Assembly: GCA_046045965.1 (NCBI GenBank)
Contig: JBJOKS010000016.1
Span: 1 to 64,000 of the forward strand
Source of the DNA: Cyanobacteriota bacterium
GTDB taxonomy: Bacteria; Cyanobacteriota; Cyanobacteriia; Cyanobacteriales; Nostocaceae
Reading direction: 5' to 3'
DNA: 64,000 bases
The notes under the pieces: model-generated
Database searches by the model: none
Seen by the model: only the letters and a program-made list of their open reading frames with translations
Told to the model about the DNA's origin: nothing
Program-made: the position numbers and the translations under genes
Part shown: positions 1 through 10,789 of the stretch, one piece after another
Layout: every line of letters begins with the position of its first letter
Position numbering within the stretch: the first letter of the stretch is position 1

Positions 1-232
1 ATGCACAATTATATAATTTTGGCAAGAGGTTTGTAAAGCTTCTTGGGAGTAAGTGTGAATATGTCTAAAGGTACAAATCAACCTCACAAAATAGACATTT
101 ATATTTATCTGCAAACGGAATTATTTTCCTATTCTTTTGTCAGAAGCCTGTGGTTGGGCTAAATTAGGAGAAACTGTAAAGATATTTTTGTCAACTTTAT
201 CTTTAAACACTTCGCCGAAAGTTTAACAGCCG

Positions 233-2053
233 ATGTCGCCAAATCAAGAAACCCAACCAGTAGAAAAAATCTATTTACCCCGCACCAGCGAGTCAGAAAC
301 ATTAAAAAAAATTCGCCATACCGCTTCTCATGTCATGGCCATGGCCGTACAAAAGCTGTTTCCCAAGGCGCAAGTTACCATTGGTCCGTGGATTGAAAAT
401 GGGTTTTATTATGACTTCGATAACCCTGAACCCTTCAGCGATAAGGATTTAAAAGCCATCCAAAAAGAGATGGTGAAAATTATTAACCGCAAACTCCCTG
501 TTATTCGGGAAGAAGTCAGTCGTGAGGAAGCACAAAAACGAATTGAAGCAATCAAAGAACCGTATAAATTAGAAATTCTCGCAGATATTAAACAAGAACC
601 GATCACCATTTATCATTTAGGTGATCAATGGTGGGATTTGTGCGCTGGTCCCCACGTCGAAAATACCAAAGACATCAACCCCAAAGCCATAGAATTAGAA
701 AGTGTAGCCGGTGCTTATTGGCGTGGTGATGAAACCAAAGCCCAGTTACAACGCATTTACGCTACAGCTTGGGAAACTCCCGAACAACTAGCAGAGTACA
801 AACGTCGCAAAGAAGAAGCATTAAGGCGTGATCATCGTAAACTGGGTAAAGAACTGGGTTTGTTTATTTTCGCTGATCCTGTGGGTCCTGGTTTACCCCT
901 TTGGACTCCTAAAGGTACTTTGCTGAGAAGCATTTTAGAAGACTTCCTGAAAAAAGAACAGTTAAAGCGGGGTTATTTACCTGTTGTTACTCCCCATATT
1001 GCCAGAGTTGATTTATTTAAAACATCGGGACACTGGCAAAAATACAAGGAAGATATGTTTCCGATGATGGCTGAAGATGAGGAAGCAAAAGCTTTAGAAC
1101 AGGGTTTTGTCCTCAAGCCGATGAACTGCCCTTTCCATATCCAAATATACAAGAGTGAATTACGTTCTTATCGTGAATTACCGATGCGGTTAGCGGAATT
1201 TGGCACAGTTTACCGCTATGAACAATCAGGAGAATTAGGAGGTTTAACTAGAGTACGTGGTTTTACTGTTGATGATTCTCACCTGTTTGTCACTCCCGAA
1301 CAATTAGATAGTGAATTTTTGAATGTTGTAGATTTGATTTTGACGGTGTTTAGAAGTCTGCAACTGAAGAATTTTAAAGCCAGATTGAGTTTCCGTGATC
1401 CAGCCAGTGATAAATATATTGGTAGTGATGAAGCATGGAATAAAGCCGAAGGTGCGATTCGTCGCGCTGTGCAAGAATTAGGAATGGACTATTTTGAAGG
1501 TATTGGGGAAGCGGCTTTTTATGGTCCGAAACTTGATTTTATCTTCAGTGATGCTTTAGAAAGAGAATGGCAGTTGGGAACAGTACAGGTAGATTACAAT
1601 TTACCTGAACGCTTTGATTTAGAATACGTTGCTGAGGATGGTTCGCGTAAACGTCCTGTAATGATTCACCGCGCACCTTTTGGATCTTTAGAAAGATTGA
1701 TAGGGATTTTAATTGAAGAATATGCAGGTGATTTTCCTTTATGGTTAGCACCTGTGCAGATTCGGTTGTTACCTGTGGGTGATCTGCAATTAGACTTTAC
1801 CAAAGAAGTTGCTGCGAAAATGGTAGCTTTAGGAATTAGAGCAGAAGTTGATTTAAGTGGCGATCGCTTGGGTAAATTGATTCGCAATGCAGAAAAAGAT
1901 AAAATCCCAGTAATGGCGGTAGTAGGTGCAAAAGAAGTAGAAAGCAATTCTTTAAGTATTCGTACCCGTGCATCTGGGGAGTTGGGAGCAATATCTGTAG
2001 ATGAAGTTGTGAATAAAATGCAGGAAGCGATTTCTAATTTTAGCAACTTCTAA
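233..2053 (+). CDS. thrS: Threonine--tRNA ligase
   Basis: RHTASH and DLCAGPHV editing-domain motifs, KPMNCP, YRYEQSGELGGLTRVRGF, IHRAPFGS class II aaRS motifs. Confidence 0.98.
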   Translation: MSPNQETQPVEKIYLPRTSESETLKKIRHTASHVMAMAVQKLFPKAQVTIGPWIENGFYYDFDNPEPFSDKDLKAIQKEMVKIINRKLPVIREEVSREEAQKRIEAIKEPYKLEILADIKQEPITIYHLGDQWWDLCAGPHVENTKDINPKAIELESVAGAYWRGDETKAQLQRIYATAWETPEQLAEYKRRKEEALRRDHRKLGKELGLFIFADPVGPGLPLWTPKGTLLRSILEDFLKKEQLKRGYLPVVTPHIARVDLFKTSGHWQKYKEDMFPMMAEDEEAKALEQGFVLKPMNCPFHIQIYKSELRSYRELPMRLAEFGTVYRYEQSGELGGLTRVRGFTVDDSHLFVTPEQLDSEFLNVVDLILTVFRSLQLKNFKARLSFRDPASDKYIGSDEAWNKAEGAIRRAVQELGMDYFEGIGEAAFYGPKLDFIFSDALEREWQLGTVQVDYNLPERFDLEYVAEDGSRKRPVMIHRAPFGSLERLIGILIEEYAGDFPLWLAPVQIRLLPVGDLQLDFTKEVAAKMVALGIRAEVDLSGDRLGKLIRNAEKDKIPVMAVVGAKEVESNSLSIRTRASGELGAISVDEVVNKMQEAISNFSNF

Positions 2054-2059
2054 TAATTA

Positions 2060-2112
2060 GTAAGTTGGGTAAAGCGCAAGCGAAACCCAACATTACAAAA
2101 AACCCAACCTAC
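2060..2112. repeat. REP-like palindromic element (GTAGGTTGGGT...ACCCAACCTAC family)
   Basis: Same family recurs at 10596-10626, 29407-29481 and 55929-56011. Confidence 0.75.
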
Positions 2113-2153
2113 CAATTTTTGAATGAATGATTGCAACCTATCACACCAAGCAG

Positions 2154-2262
2154 ATACAGCACTTTCCGGTGTAATGAGGTACACTATTGGCGGGCAAGAT
2201 GCCCACCCCACAAGAGTTTCATTATTGTGATCTGTACCTCATAGCAATGAAATCTGCTGTAT
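2154..2262. mobile_element. MITE-like element with imperfect terminal inverted repeats
   Basis: ATACAGCA..ATGAGGTACA / TGTACCTCAT..TGCTGTAT ends; internal GGGCAAGATGCCCACCCCACAA motif also near 4220 and reversed near 38905. Confidence 0.7.
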
Positions 2263-2268
2263 ATACTC

Positions 2269-2360
2269 AGGACTTATGCACTATTTACAGAATAACGAAC
2301 CGCAGAGGACGCAGAGAACACAGAGAAAGAAGAGTTTGAAAGGTTTTTTGTGTATGTCCT
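2269..2360. mobile_element. MITE-like element (AGGACTTATGCA...TGTGTATGTCCT)
   Basis: Imperfect 12-bp TIRs enclosing AACCGCAGAGGACGCAGAGAACACAGAG small dispersed repeat. Confidence 0.65.
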
Positions 2361-2498
2361 AATACTCAATCCTCACCATAGGATTTTTCTAGGTATTTAT
2401 TCTCTCTATATCAATCAGGGATAAAAATTTATAAATAAATTGTTACAAAGTTTAGTAAAATGACATCATTACCCAAATGAGTATTATTTCCTATTGAC

Positions 2499-4187
2499 AT
2501 GATAGCGGAACAATTTCCCTGGCTGACCGCGATTATCCTCCTCCCTCTCCTTGCATCCTTTTTGATTCCCCTGCTGCCGGATAAAGACGGCAAGCTGATC
2601 CGTTGGTATGCGTTGGGTGTAGGTATCGCCGACTTTGCGTTAATGTGCTATGCTTTTTGGCTGCATTATGATGCTGGTGATGCGAGTTTTCAACTAATAG
2701 AAAATTATGCCTGGATGCCAGCATTAGGGCTAAACTGGTCTGTGGCAGTAGATGGTATTTCAGCGCCATTAGTTCTTTTAGCAGGTTTTGTCACCACCCT
2801 GGCGATTTTTTCAGCATGGCAAGTTGACCGCAGGCCGCGCTTATTTTACTTTTTGATGTTAGTGTTATATTCGGCACAGGTTGGGGTATTTGTCGCCAAA
2901 GACCTGCTGCTATTTTTCATTATGTGGGAAGTGGAACTGGTTCCCGTCTATCTATTAGTTTGTATTTGGGGTGGTCAAAAACGTCGCTACGCCGCTACGA
3001 AATTTATACTATATACCGCCGCAGCTTCTATATTTATCCTAGTAGCCGCCCTAGCAATGGGGTTATACGGTGATGGTAATATCAGTTTTGATATCACCAC
3101 CTTGGCAGGTCAAGATTATCCTCTAGGTTTACAATTGCTGCTCTATGCAGGTTTGTTTATTGCCTTTGGGGTGAAGCTGGCTATTTTCCCCTTACATACC
3201 TGGTTGCCTGATGCCCACGGTGAAGCATCTTCTCCTGTATCTATGATTTTGGCAGGTGTGTTACTGAAAATGGGCGGATATGGTTTAATTCGCATGAATA
3301 TGGAACTTCTCCCCGATGCCCATATTTATTTTGCACCAGTTCTAGCCATTCTCGGTGTTGTCAATATTATCTATGGTGCATTAAATTCCTTTGCCCAAAC
3401 GAATATGAAACGGCGTTTGGCTTATTCTTCCATTTCCCACATGGGGTTTGTACTGATAGGTTTGGCCTCTTTCACCGATTTGGGGATGAATGGGGCAATG
3501 TTACAAATGATATCACATGGTTTAATTGCCTCTGTGTTATTCTTCCTAGCTGGTGTCACCTACGACCGCACCCATACAATGGTAATGAAAGATATGGGGG
3601 GTATTGGTCAAGCCATGCCCATCGTGTTTGCGTTGTTTACGATAGGTGCAATGGCATCTCTGGCTTTACCGGGAATGAGTGGTTTTGTGGGTGAACTTTC
3701 GGTTTTTGTGGGTTTGACAACTAGCGATGTTTATAGTTCCACCTTCTGTACTGTGACAGTTTTCCTCGCTGCTGTCGGTGTTATCCTCACACCTATCTAT
3801 CTGCTTTCTATGCTGAGACAGGTATTTTATGGTAAGGATGCAGCATTGATTTGTGATATCAATAATGCAGGTTCGGAAAACCTAGAAGATGAAGGTACTG
3901 CTTGTTTTGGTACTGATTGTTTATTACCTGGCCAATCCGTTTACAGTGATGCTAGACCTCGTGAAGTATTTATTGCAGCCTGTTTTCTAGTGCTGATTAT
4001 CGGTATTGGTTTCTATCCCAAAGAAGCTATGCAGATGTACGATGCCAAGACTGTGGCTGTAAATGCCCATGTCCGCCAATCTTATACGATTATCTCGCAA
4101 ACCAACCCCGGTATTTATGCAAATGGGTTATTAACTCCGAAAATTGCTGAAGTTGAGGTAAATTCGGTTTTGGCAACTGTGAAGTAA
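2499..4187 (+). CDS. ndhD: NDH-1 subunit 4 (NdhD2-type), paralogue A, with Cys/acidic C-terminal insertion
   Basis: Multi-TM NuoM family; [27 protein letters not shown] motifs. Confidence 0.95.
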   Translation: MIAEQFPWLTAIILLPLLASFLIPLLPDKDGKLIRWYALGVGIADFALMCYAFWLHYDAGDASFQLIENYAWMPALGLNWSVAVDGISAPLVLLAGFVTTLAIFSAWQVDRRPRLFYFLMLVLYSAQVGVFVAKDLLLFFIMWEVELVPVYLLVCIWGGQKRRYAATKFILYTAAASIFILVAALAMGLYGDGNISFDITTLAGQDYPLGLQLLLYAGLFIAFGVKLAIFPLHTWLPDAHGEASSPVSMILAGVLLKMGGYGLIRMNMELLPDAHIYFAPVLAILGVVNIIYGALNSFAQTNMKRRLAYSSISHMGFVLIGLASFTDLGMNGAMLQMISHGLIASVLFFLAGVTYDRTHTMVMKDMGGIGQAMPIVFALFTIGAMASLALPGMSGFVGELSVFVGLTTSDVYSSTFCTVTVFLAAVGVILTPIYLLSMLRQVFYGKDAALICDINNAGSENLEDEGTACFGTDCLLPGQSVYSDARPREVFIAACFLVLIIGIGFYPKEAMQMYDAKTVAVNAHVRQSYTIISQTNPGIYANGLLTPKIAEVEVNSVLATVK

Positions 4188-4281
4188 GCTAATGAACCTT
4201 TAATTTGCATAATTAGGGCGGGCAGGATGCCCACCCCACAATATTTTTCTAGGTAATATGCAAGTTAAATGCCCAACAGCT
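4187..4281. mobile_element. MITE-like element directly after ndhD stop
   Basis: AGCT..TTTAATTTGCATA / TATGCAAGTTAAA..AGCT imperfect TIRs around GGGCAGGATGCCCACCCCACAA. Confidence 0.55.
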
Positions 4282-4544
4282 AACACTTAGATTCGAGAAC
4301 AATATTAAGTTTTCTATTGTTTGCTCGACAAAATACCAAACTTTTGATATGTAATTTTTCCCGCAACCCCAGTAAAAATGGTAGCGGGTATTTTTTTACA
4401 TGAAATGGCTCAAAGTTCCAAAAAGCATTGATGTTTTCAAGAGAGCAAAAAATCTGATTAATCATGCAAAAATGTCCCCTTTACATGGGATGCTAGTAAA
4501 GAATCAATTGTTAATTTTTAATTTTTAATTTTTAATTGTCCCCA

Positions 4545-5456
4545 ATGTCTGTAATTTCTACTGTTACTGTTAAAGTTCCCGCCACGACGGCTAATTTAGG
4601 TCCTGGTTTTGACTGCATTGGTGCAGCCTTAAGGTTATACAACGAATTTAAGTTTACTCGCAATGATAGCGGGTTAATTATTCAGGTTTCTGGTACAGAA
4701 GCTGAAAAGGTGCAAACTGATGAAAGTAATTTGCTTTATCAAGCTTTTGTGAAGTTATATGAACATATCCAAGAAACTCCGCCATCTGTAAAAATAGAGA
4801 TTAAGTTGGGTGTACCACTGGCGAGGGGTTTGGGAAGTTCGGCGACTGCTATTGTGGGCGGGTTAGTTGCTGCTAATGAGTTGGCGGGTTCACCTTTGTC
4901 TGAGTTACAGGTGATGGAATTGGCGATCGCAATGGAAGGACATCCTGATAATGTAGTACCAGCTTTATTAGGTGGATGTCGTCTGGCTGCTACCAGTCGC
5001 ACCGGTTGGGAAATTTGTGATCTTACTTGGCATCGAGATATAGTACCAGTAGTAGCAATTCCTGATTTTGAATTATCTACTTCCGAAGCACGGCGAGTTT
5101 TACCAACAGAGGTAAGTCGTGCAGATGCAATTTTCAATGCTTCCCATTTAGCTTTATTGTTGCGGGGTTTGGCAACGAGTCGGGAAGAATGGTTAAGAGC
5201 AGCTTTACAAGATAAGTTACATCAACCCTATCGTCAAGCCTTAATTCCTGGTTACGATGATGTGAATGTTGCGGCTGTTGCGGCTGGTGCTTATGGGATG
5301 GTAATTAGTGGTGCGGGTCCAACACTGTTAGCTTTAACGGATGCAGCACAAGCGAAAAATGTTGTGACAGCAATGGCAGAGGCTTGGCAACAGGCAGGAA
5401 TTAGTTCTATTGTGCGATCGCTCCCTATTGATATGCAAGGGGCGGTTATTTTATAA
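4545..5456 (+). CDS. thrB: Homoserine kinase
   Basis: [27 protein letters not shown] motif, ISGAGPT; ATG 4545 preferred over TTG 4536. Confidence 0.97.
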   Translation: MSVISTVTVKVPATTANLGPGFDCIGAALRLYNEFKFTRNDSGLIIQVSGTEAEKVQTDESNLLYQAFVKLYEHIQETPPSVKIEIKLGVPLARGLGSSATAIVGGLVAANELAGSPLSELQVMELAIAMEGHPDNVVPALLGGCRLAATSRTGWEICDLTWHRDIVPVVAIPDFELSTSEARRVLPTEVSRADAIFNASHLALLLRGLATSREEWLRAALQDKLHQPYRQALIPGYDDVNVAAVAAGAYGMVISGAGPTLLALTDAAQAKNVVTAMAEAWQQAGISSIVRSLPIDMQGAVIL

Positions 5457-5489
5457 TGGGTAATTTAATTTATTCATAACATAATGTAT

Positions 5490-5700
5490 CCACGATTTAC
5501 GGATGAAACGAACCACGAAGAAACGAAGGACACGAAGGTAAGAGGGTTTGAGAGATTTTTTTCGTCTGTATTCGTAATTCGTAATTCGTAATTTATCCAT
5601 AACAGAATTTACCAATTTACCCACGATTTACGGATGAAACGAACCGCAGAGGCGCAGAGAACGCAGAGGAATGAGGGTTTATGAGTTTTTTTCGTAATTG
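5490..5700 (+). repeat. Tandem pair of small dispersed repeats
   Basis: CCACGATTTACGGATGAAACGAACC identical at 5490 and 5621, each followed by a divergent repeat body. Confidence 0.8.
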
Positions 5701-5729
5701 ATAAATTTCATTTATATCAAATATCTAGA

Positions 5730-7211
5730 ATGCAAAATGGAAGGTTTACTTTTATTGATCTTTTTGCGGGAATTGGTGGGTTTAAATTTGGATTAAGTAA
5801 TAATGGTGGTGAGTGTTTAGGTTTTAGTGAAATAAATAAAGATGCAATCAATACATATTGTGAAAATTTCCAAGTTTCACCTAGTTTGAATTTGGGAGAT
5901 ATTACCAAAATCAAAGACTTAGCACCTCATGATTTTTTAACTGCTGGTGTTCCTTGTCAAAGTTGGTCTATTGCTGGTAAAAATTTAGGTTTTAATGATG
6001 ATCGCGGGCAGTTATGGAATGATACAATTTATTTACTCCAACAATCGAAACCAAAAGTATTTATTTTTGAAAATGTTAAAGGATTAGTCGATCCTCGAAA
6101 TCAAGATGCTTTATCATATATATTACAAAGAATTGAACAAGCTGGTTATCATGCCAACTATTTTGTAATTAACTCTTTTGATTATGGTGTTCCACAAAAT
6201 AGGATTCGAGTATATATAATTGGCTTTAAGGAAAAAGAATATTTCCAAAATTTTATATTACCAAAACCCCTGGAAAATAAGCTAAAACTAGGTGATATAT
6301 TAGGTATTACGTCACCTAAACAAGAAAATAAAATTATTCAAAGAGACTTATTTGGAAATGTTGTTGAATCTAAAAGGATGAGTCTTTCAACGACAAACGG
6401 ATTCAACGATTACTTTTTGTTTAATGATCTGAGAAATGGTCATACAACAATACATTCTTGGGATATTATTGAAACTACTCAAAGACAGAAAGATATTTGC
6501 TTATTATTACTGAAAAACAGACGCAAAAGTAATTATGGTGAATTAGATGGCAACCCATTATCATTAGCACATTTTCAAAGTCTAGATCCGTCAATTACAC
6601 AAGCAGAAATTGATGAATTGATTAAATTGGAAATATTCAAACCTGAAGAATATCGTTTTATTGTGAAGCAGTATAATATTAATGACTTGACCAAGGATGA
6701 AGAGCTTCTACTTTCATTTACAAATAATCAAGAAATAATTATTGATAGGTTAAAAAAGCAAAGAGAATTTAAAATAGAAAAAGTGTCAATTATCAAAACA
6801 ATTGAGTCTCTAAAAGAAAAAGATATTATTGAGTGTACAGAAATTCGTTATGATTTTAAGAATACTAAAATAAGTACAGGATTATTTGGTGTAAATCGGA
6901 TCTTTTTACCAAGTTCTGATATTTTTCCTACGTTAGTTGCCAGTGATACAAATGACTTTATCACTTTTAAAACAATCGCAGCCCAAAATCATCATGACTT
7001 TAAAAAGAAATTCATCCAGGAAGTTTATAGGACAAAAGAATTTAGAAGAATTACTAAAAGCGAAGCTTGTTTAATACAGGGTTTTCCCAAAGATTTTAAA
7101 TTACCAGAGTCAAGAGCAAGATGGATGAAACTAATAGGAAATAGTGTTTCAGTGCCAGTAATTGATAAACTGTGTAAAGCGATTATTGAAACTGGGGTAT
7201 TTGCAAATTAA
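5730..7211 (+). CDS. DNA (cytosine-5)-methyltransferase, no intact cognate endonuclease adjacent
   Basis: Motif I FAGIGG, IV PCQ, VI ENV, VIII QNRIR, IX/X IQGFP..IGNSV; long variable region. Confidence 0.93.
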   Translation: MQNGRFTFIDLFAGIGGFKFGLSNNGGECLGFSEINKDAINTYCENFQVSPSLNLGDITKIKDLAPHDFLTAGVPCQSWSIAGKNLGFNDDRGQLWNDTIYLLQQSKPKVFIFENVKGLVDPRNQDALSYILQRIEQAGYHANYFVINSFDYGVPQNRIRVYIIGFKEKEYFQNFILPKPLENKLKLGDILGITSPKQENKIIQRDLFGNVVESKRMSLSTTNGFNDYFLFNDLRNGHTTIHSWDIIETTQRQKDICLLLLKNRRKSNYGELDGNPLSLAHFQSLDPSITQAEIDELIKLEIFKPEEYRFIVKQYNINDLTKDEELLLSFTNNQEIIIDRLKKQREFKIEKVSIIKTIESLKEKDIIECTEIRYDFKNTKISTGLFGVNRIFLPSSDIFPTLVASDTNDFITFKTIAAQNHHDFKKKFIQEVYRTKEFRRITKSEACLIQGFPKDFKLPESRARWMKLIGNSVSVPVIDKLCKAIIETGVFAN

Positions 7212-7354
7212 TTGAGGCTTAATGAAATGCAAAGCATTTTCTATTTGACTTGTATAGGATCTTCGAGAAAGTGATGAGTTAACAGCAATTGGGCATTTAG
7301 GTATAAGATTGAGAAGTAGAGATAGAGTAATACAACTGTTGCCAAAATCAACCT

Positions 7355-7681
7355 ATGAGTATTCAAGTCGAATTTAAAGTTTCTGCTCCGCCATTTCGTT
7401 GGTATGAAGCAGGGGGTATTCGCATTGGTGAGAGTCGAGTTACTCTCGATAGTCTTTTAGCTGCATATCATAGCGGTTCTACACCCGAAGAAATTGCGGT
7501 TCAATATTCTGTTCTCCATTTAGAGGATATATACTCAGCGATCGCTTACTACCTTAGTCATCGTCAGGAAATTGATAGCTACTTAGAGCAACGTCAGCGA
7601 AAATCTCAGCAACAACGTAGTGAATTTTCCCAACAGTATAACTTGGCTAATCTTAGACAGCGATTACTTGATCGTTATTAG
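7355..7681 (+). CDS. DUF433-family antitoxin
   Basis: IRIGESRVTLDSLL..GSTPEEIAVQY..L.LEDIYSAIAYY pattern; followed by PIN-like remnant. Confidence 0.85.
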   Translation: MSIQVEFKVSAPPFRWYEAGGIRIGESRVTLDSLLAAYHSGSTPEEIAVQYSVLHLEDIYSAIAYYLSHRQEIDSYLEQRQRKSQQQRSEFSQQYNLANLRQRLLDRY

Positions 7682-7703
7682 ACTCAAGGAGAAATAATAA
7701 TCA

Positions 7704-7820
7704 GTGCGTTTACTAACAGATGAAAACTTCAATGGTTCAATATTGCGCTTATATTTATTTGTTTGTTGTAGTCAGCCAGATGAATATGAAGGTCAGATTC
7801 TTTTTATCCCCTTCTCCTAA
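7704..7820 (+). pseudogene. Internally deleted DUF5615-type PIN-like toxin (38 aa remnant)
   Basis: GTG start; MRLLTDENFNGSILR (typical N-terminus with DEN) fused in frame to LYLFVCCSQPDEYEGQILFIPFS* (typical C-terminus); not in ORF track. Confidence 0.75.
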
Positions 7821-7879
7821 TTTCCACTATTAACATGATTGCTGAAGTTACCATAGCTTGCTAGTATTCCTTCTATAAT

Positions 7880-8392
7880 ATGCAAAAAATTCAGGCAGAA
7901 ATCAAAGAACTCAACTCACAAATTCAAGCACTCCAACAAGAGAGGGCAGAACTAACTAAAAATAATATAGAATCTGGTGAAAATAATACAACCTTAGCAA
8001 TAGTAGAAGCATACCGTCGTCAAGCTAGGGAAAATCCCCAAATTGCCGCAGAATTAAAAGGAATTGATGATGCGATCGCCTTTTTAGAACAGCAAAAACA
8101 ACAAAAACAAACTCAGTTAAATAGTTCGCTAACCTTTACACAGCGTCTTTCTCAACAACAACAAGAATTAGAAGCAGCGAAAAAAGTCGCCGAAATTCAT
8201 GCCCAAAAAGTGAATGAACTGGCACAAGAACTAGCTGAAGAAATTAAACTGCTCAAAGCCTGTGCTGATGAACTTAGCCCTATGTATTGGCAAGTTTACT
8301 ACAAACCCTTCATTACCGGCTTCAAAACTATCTCCGTTCCCCATGTCCGTTCTGATGGGGAAGTGTGGACAATTGTCAACCGTATTGTTTAG
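7880..8392 (+). CDS. Conserved hypothetical coiled-coil protein
   Basis: 170-aa Q/E-rich heptad pattern, aromatic C-terminal tail, internal HIP1. Confidence 0.8.
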   Translation: MQKIQAEIKELNSQIQALQQERAELTKNNIESGENNTTLAIVEAYRRQARENPQIAAELKGIDDAIAFLEQQKQQKQTQLNSSLTFTQRLSQQQQELEAAKKVAEIHAQKVNELAQELAEEIKLLKACADELSPMYWQVYYKPFITGFKTISVPHVRSDGEVWTIVNRIV

Positions 8393-8496
8393 GTGGGTAG
8401 GTGACTGGTGACTGGTGACTGGTGACTGGGTTATTAATCTTCCCCTGTTCCCTGTTCCCACAATAAGACTTTTTCACAAAACCCTAATCATATCTG

Positions 8497-8527
8497 AAAA
8501 CAGCGGCCAAAATTGGCTGCTTTTTTG
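8497..8527 (+). terminator. Rho-independent terminator
   Basis: GCGGCCAA-aa-TTGGCTGC stem followed by T7. Confidence 0.75.
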
Positions 8528-8556
8528 TTGACGTTACAAAAATTTATGATTAGAAT
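8528..8556 (+). promoter_or_regulatory. Sigma70 promoter of second ndhD, overlapped by an HLR1-like repeat
   Basis: TTGACG-17 nt-TAGAAT; GTTACAAA-AA-TTTATGAT resembles RpaB HLR1. Confidence 0.6.
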
Positions 8557-8696
8557 AGCGGCTAGGCAGCTTGAGTAAGTATTTATTACTATTTATTGCC
8601 TAAACTCAAATTATGTTAAGAAATGTGTTTACAAAAGTAACGATTCCTTAATATAATGTAATTAAAAGAAAAAATCAAAATTGATTGTCAACAGTG

Positions 8697-10283
8697 ATGA
8701 ATCCGATACAGATCCCTTGGCTATCAGCCATAATTTTTTTGCCCTTGGTGGCATCCTTAGCAATTCCCTTCATTCCCGACAAAGACGGTAAAACCGTTCG
8801 CTGGTATGGTTTAGGAGTAGCTTTTGCAGATTTAGCATTAATGATTTATGCGGTTTGGCAAGGTTACAACTTCCAAAGTTCCGCTTTACAACTCACAGAA
8901 ACTTATAGTTGGATACCTCAAATTGGCTTAAATTGGGCAGTAGCAATTGATGGTTTATCAATGCCCTTGGTGCTACTTACAGGTTTAATTAACACATTGG
9001 CAATATTCGCGGCTTGGAAAGTAACCAATAAGCCGCGTTTATTTTATGCGTTGATGCTGGTGATGTATAGTGCCCAATTAGGTGTATTCCTCGCCCAAGA
9101 CTTGTTATTATTCTTCTTAATGTGGGAAATTGAGTTAGTACCTGTTTATTTATTGATTTCTATTTGGGGAGGCAAAAACCGCCGTTACGCAGCTACTAAA
9201 TTTATTCTCTACACAGCCGCAGCATCTATATTTATTCTCGTAGCTGGTTTAACAATGGCTTTCTATGGTGATAACTTCACCTTCAACATGACAGAGTTGG
9301 GACTTAAAGAATATCCCCAACTGTTAGAATTAGCTCTCTATGCAGGTTTCTTAATTGCTTACGGTGTAAAATTACCTATTTTCCCATTCCATACCTGGTT
9401 GCCTGATGCCCACGGTGAAGCGTCTGCACCCGGTTCTATGATTTTAGCTGGTGTGTTATTAAAAATGGGTGGTTATGCGCTAATTCGCTTTAACATGGAA
9501 ATGTTAGGTGATGCCCACGCTGTTTTTGCTCCAGTTTTAGCAATTTTAGGTGTAGTTAATATTGTTTACGGTGCTTGTTGTGCCTTCGCTCAAACCAACT
9601 TAAAGCGCCGTTTAGCTTATTCTTCTATTGCCCACATGGGTTTTGTGTTAATAGGCATTGCATCTTATACCGAAATTGGTATTAGCGGTGCGGTGTTACA
9701 GATGGTTTCTCATGGTTTAATTGCTGCTAGTTTATTCTTCTTATCTGGTGTCACCTACGAACGTACTCACACCTTGATGATGGATAAAATGGGTGGTATG
9801 GCTAAGGTAATGCCTAGAACTTTCGCTTTGTTTACTGTTGGTTCAATGGCTTCTCTGGCTTTACCCGGTATGAGTGGTTTCGTGGGTGAGTTGATGGTGT
9901 TCCTGGGTATTGGAACTAGCGATGTTTATAGTTCTAGTTTCAAAGTTGTAGTTATATTCCTATCAGCAGTTGGTGTAATTTTGACACCTATCTATTTACT
10001 CTCTATGTTGCGTCAGGTGTTCTACGGTAAGCAAAGTGAAGAGTTAATTTTAGATGCTGTAGTTGCTGATGTTAAACCCCGTGAGTTGTTCATCACTGCT
10101 TGTTTGTTACTTCCTATCATCGGTATTGGTTTCTATCCTAAGTTAGTTACAGAAACCTATGATGTGAAAACTGTGGAAGTTGCGGCTCATGCTCGTCAAG
10201 TGTTGCCTGTTGTTGCTCGTCAACAACCTACAAGTTTATATTCTCAAATCTTTTCTGCTCCCACTTTAGCTAGTGCTGAGTAG
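8697..10283 (+). CDS. ndhD: NDH-1 subunit 4 (NdhD2-type), paralogue B
   Basis: NuoM motifs [35 protein letters not shown] 8697. Confidence 0.95.
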   Translation: MNPIQIPWLSAIIFLPLVASLAIPFIPDKDGKTVRWYGLGVAFADLALMIYAVWQGYNFQSSALQLTETYSWIPQIGLNWAVAIDGLSMPLVLLTGLINTLAIFAAWKVTNKPRLFYALMLVMYSAQLGVFLAQDLLLFFLMWEIELVPVYLLISIWGGKNRRYAATKFILYTAAASIFILVAGLTMAFYGDNFTFNMTELGLKEYPQLLELALYAGFLIAYGVKLPIFPFHTWLPDAHGEASAPGSMILAGVLLKMGGYALIRFNMEMLGDAHAVFAPVLAILGVVNIVYGACCAFAQTNLKRRLAYSSIAHMGFVLIGIASYTEIGISGAVLQMVSHGLIAASLFFLSGVTYERTHTLMMDKMGGMAKVMPRTFALFTVGSMASLALPGMSGFVGELMVFLGIGTSDVYSSSFKVVVIFLSAVGVILTPIYLLSMLRQVFYGKQSEELILDAVVADVKPRELFITACLLLPIIGIGFYPKLVTETYDVKTVEVAAHARQVLPVVARQQPTSLYSQIFSAPTLASAE

Positions 10284-10434
10284 TTGTTAAATTACAAGTT
10301 GTTTTGGGGGTGGTTGTGAAAGCTGCCCCTATGGTTTTTTATAGAGGATGGTTTCGCGCAGAGACGCAGAGGAGCAAAGGCGCAAAGAGAATCAAGGGTA
10401 TGTATTGAATGTTTTTAAATTGCTTATGCACACA

Positions 10435-10520
10435 AGATAGTTCTTCCTCATCAAAATCATCATAACAGGGTTTTCGGGTCGTGTCAAGGGGTTTTACTCT
10501 TTCTAATGCGAAAAAATAGC
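10435..10520 (-). repeat. 86-bp direct repeat, left copy, containing TTGACA-17-TATGAT on minus strand
   Basis: 73/86 identical to 14518-14603 by manual alignment (49/53 in core). Confidence 0.9.
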
Positions 10521-10789
10521 GTTTTTTAAAGTGATTTTTGGTTTGCTTGTGTCAATCCAATCTTGCTAATTACACCTAATGTTGTTTGTAATTGTTGTTG
10601 GGTTTCCTTGTGTCAACCCAACCTACTGCTAATATTTTTTTATAAGTTACGTAAATTCTCTGTTGCTTTTTATGTCGATATTTTGAGCAATTTATAAGAA
10701 ACATCGAGAAAATAAACAATTTTTGATGGTGGTGACATAAAAATTACAATCATTATTATAATGGTTACAGTTATTTAACACACATCACC

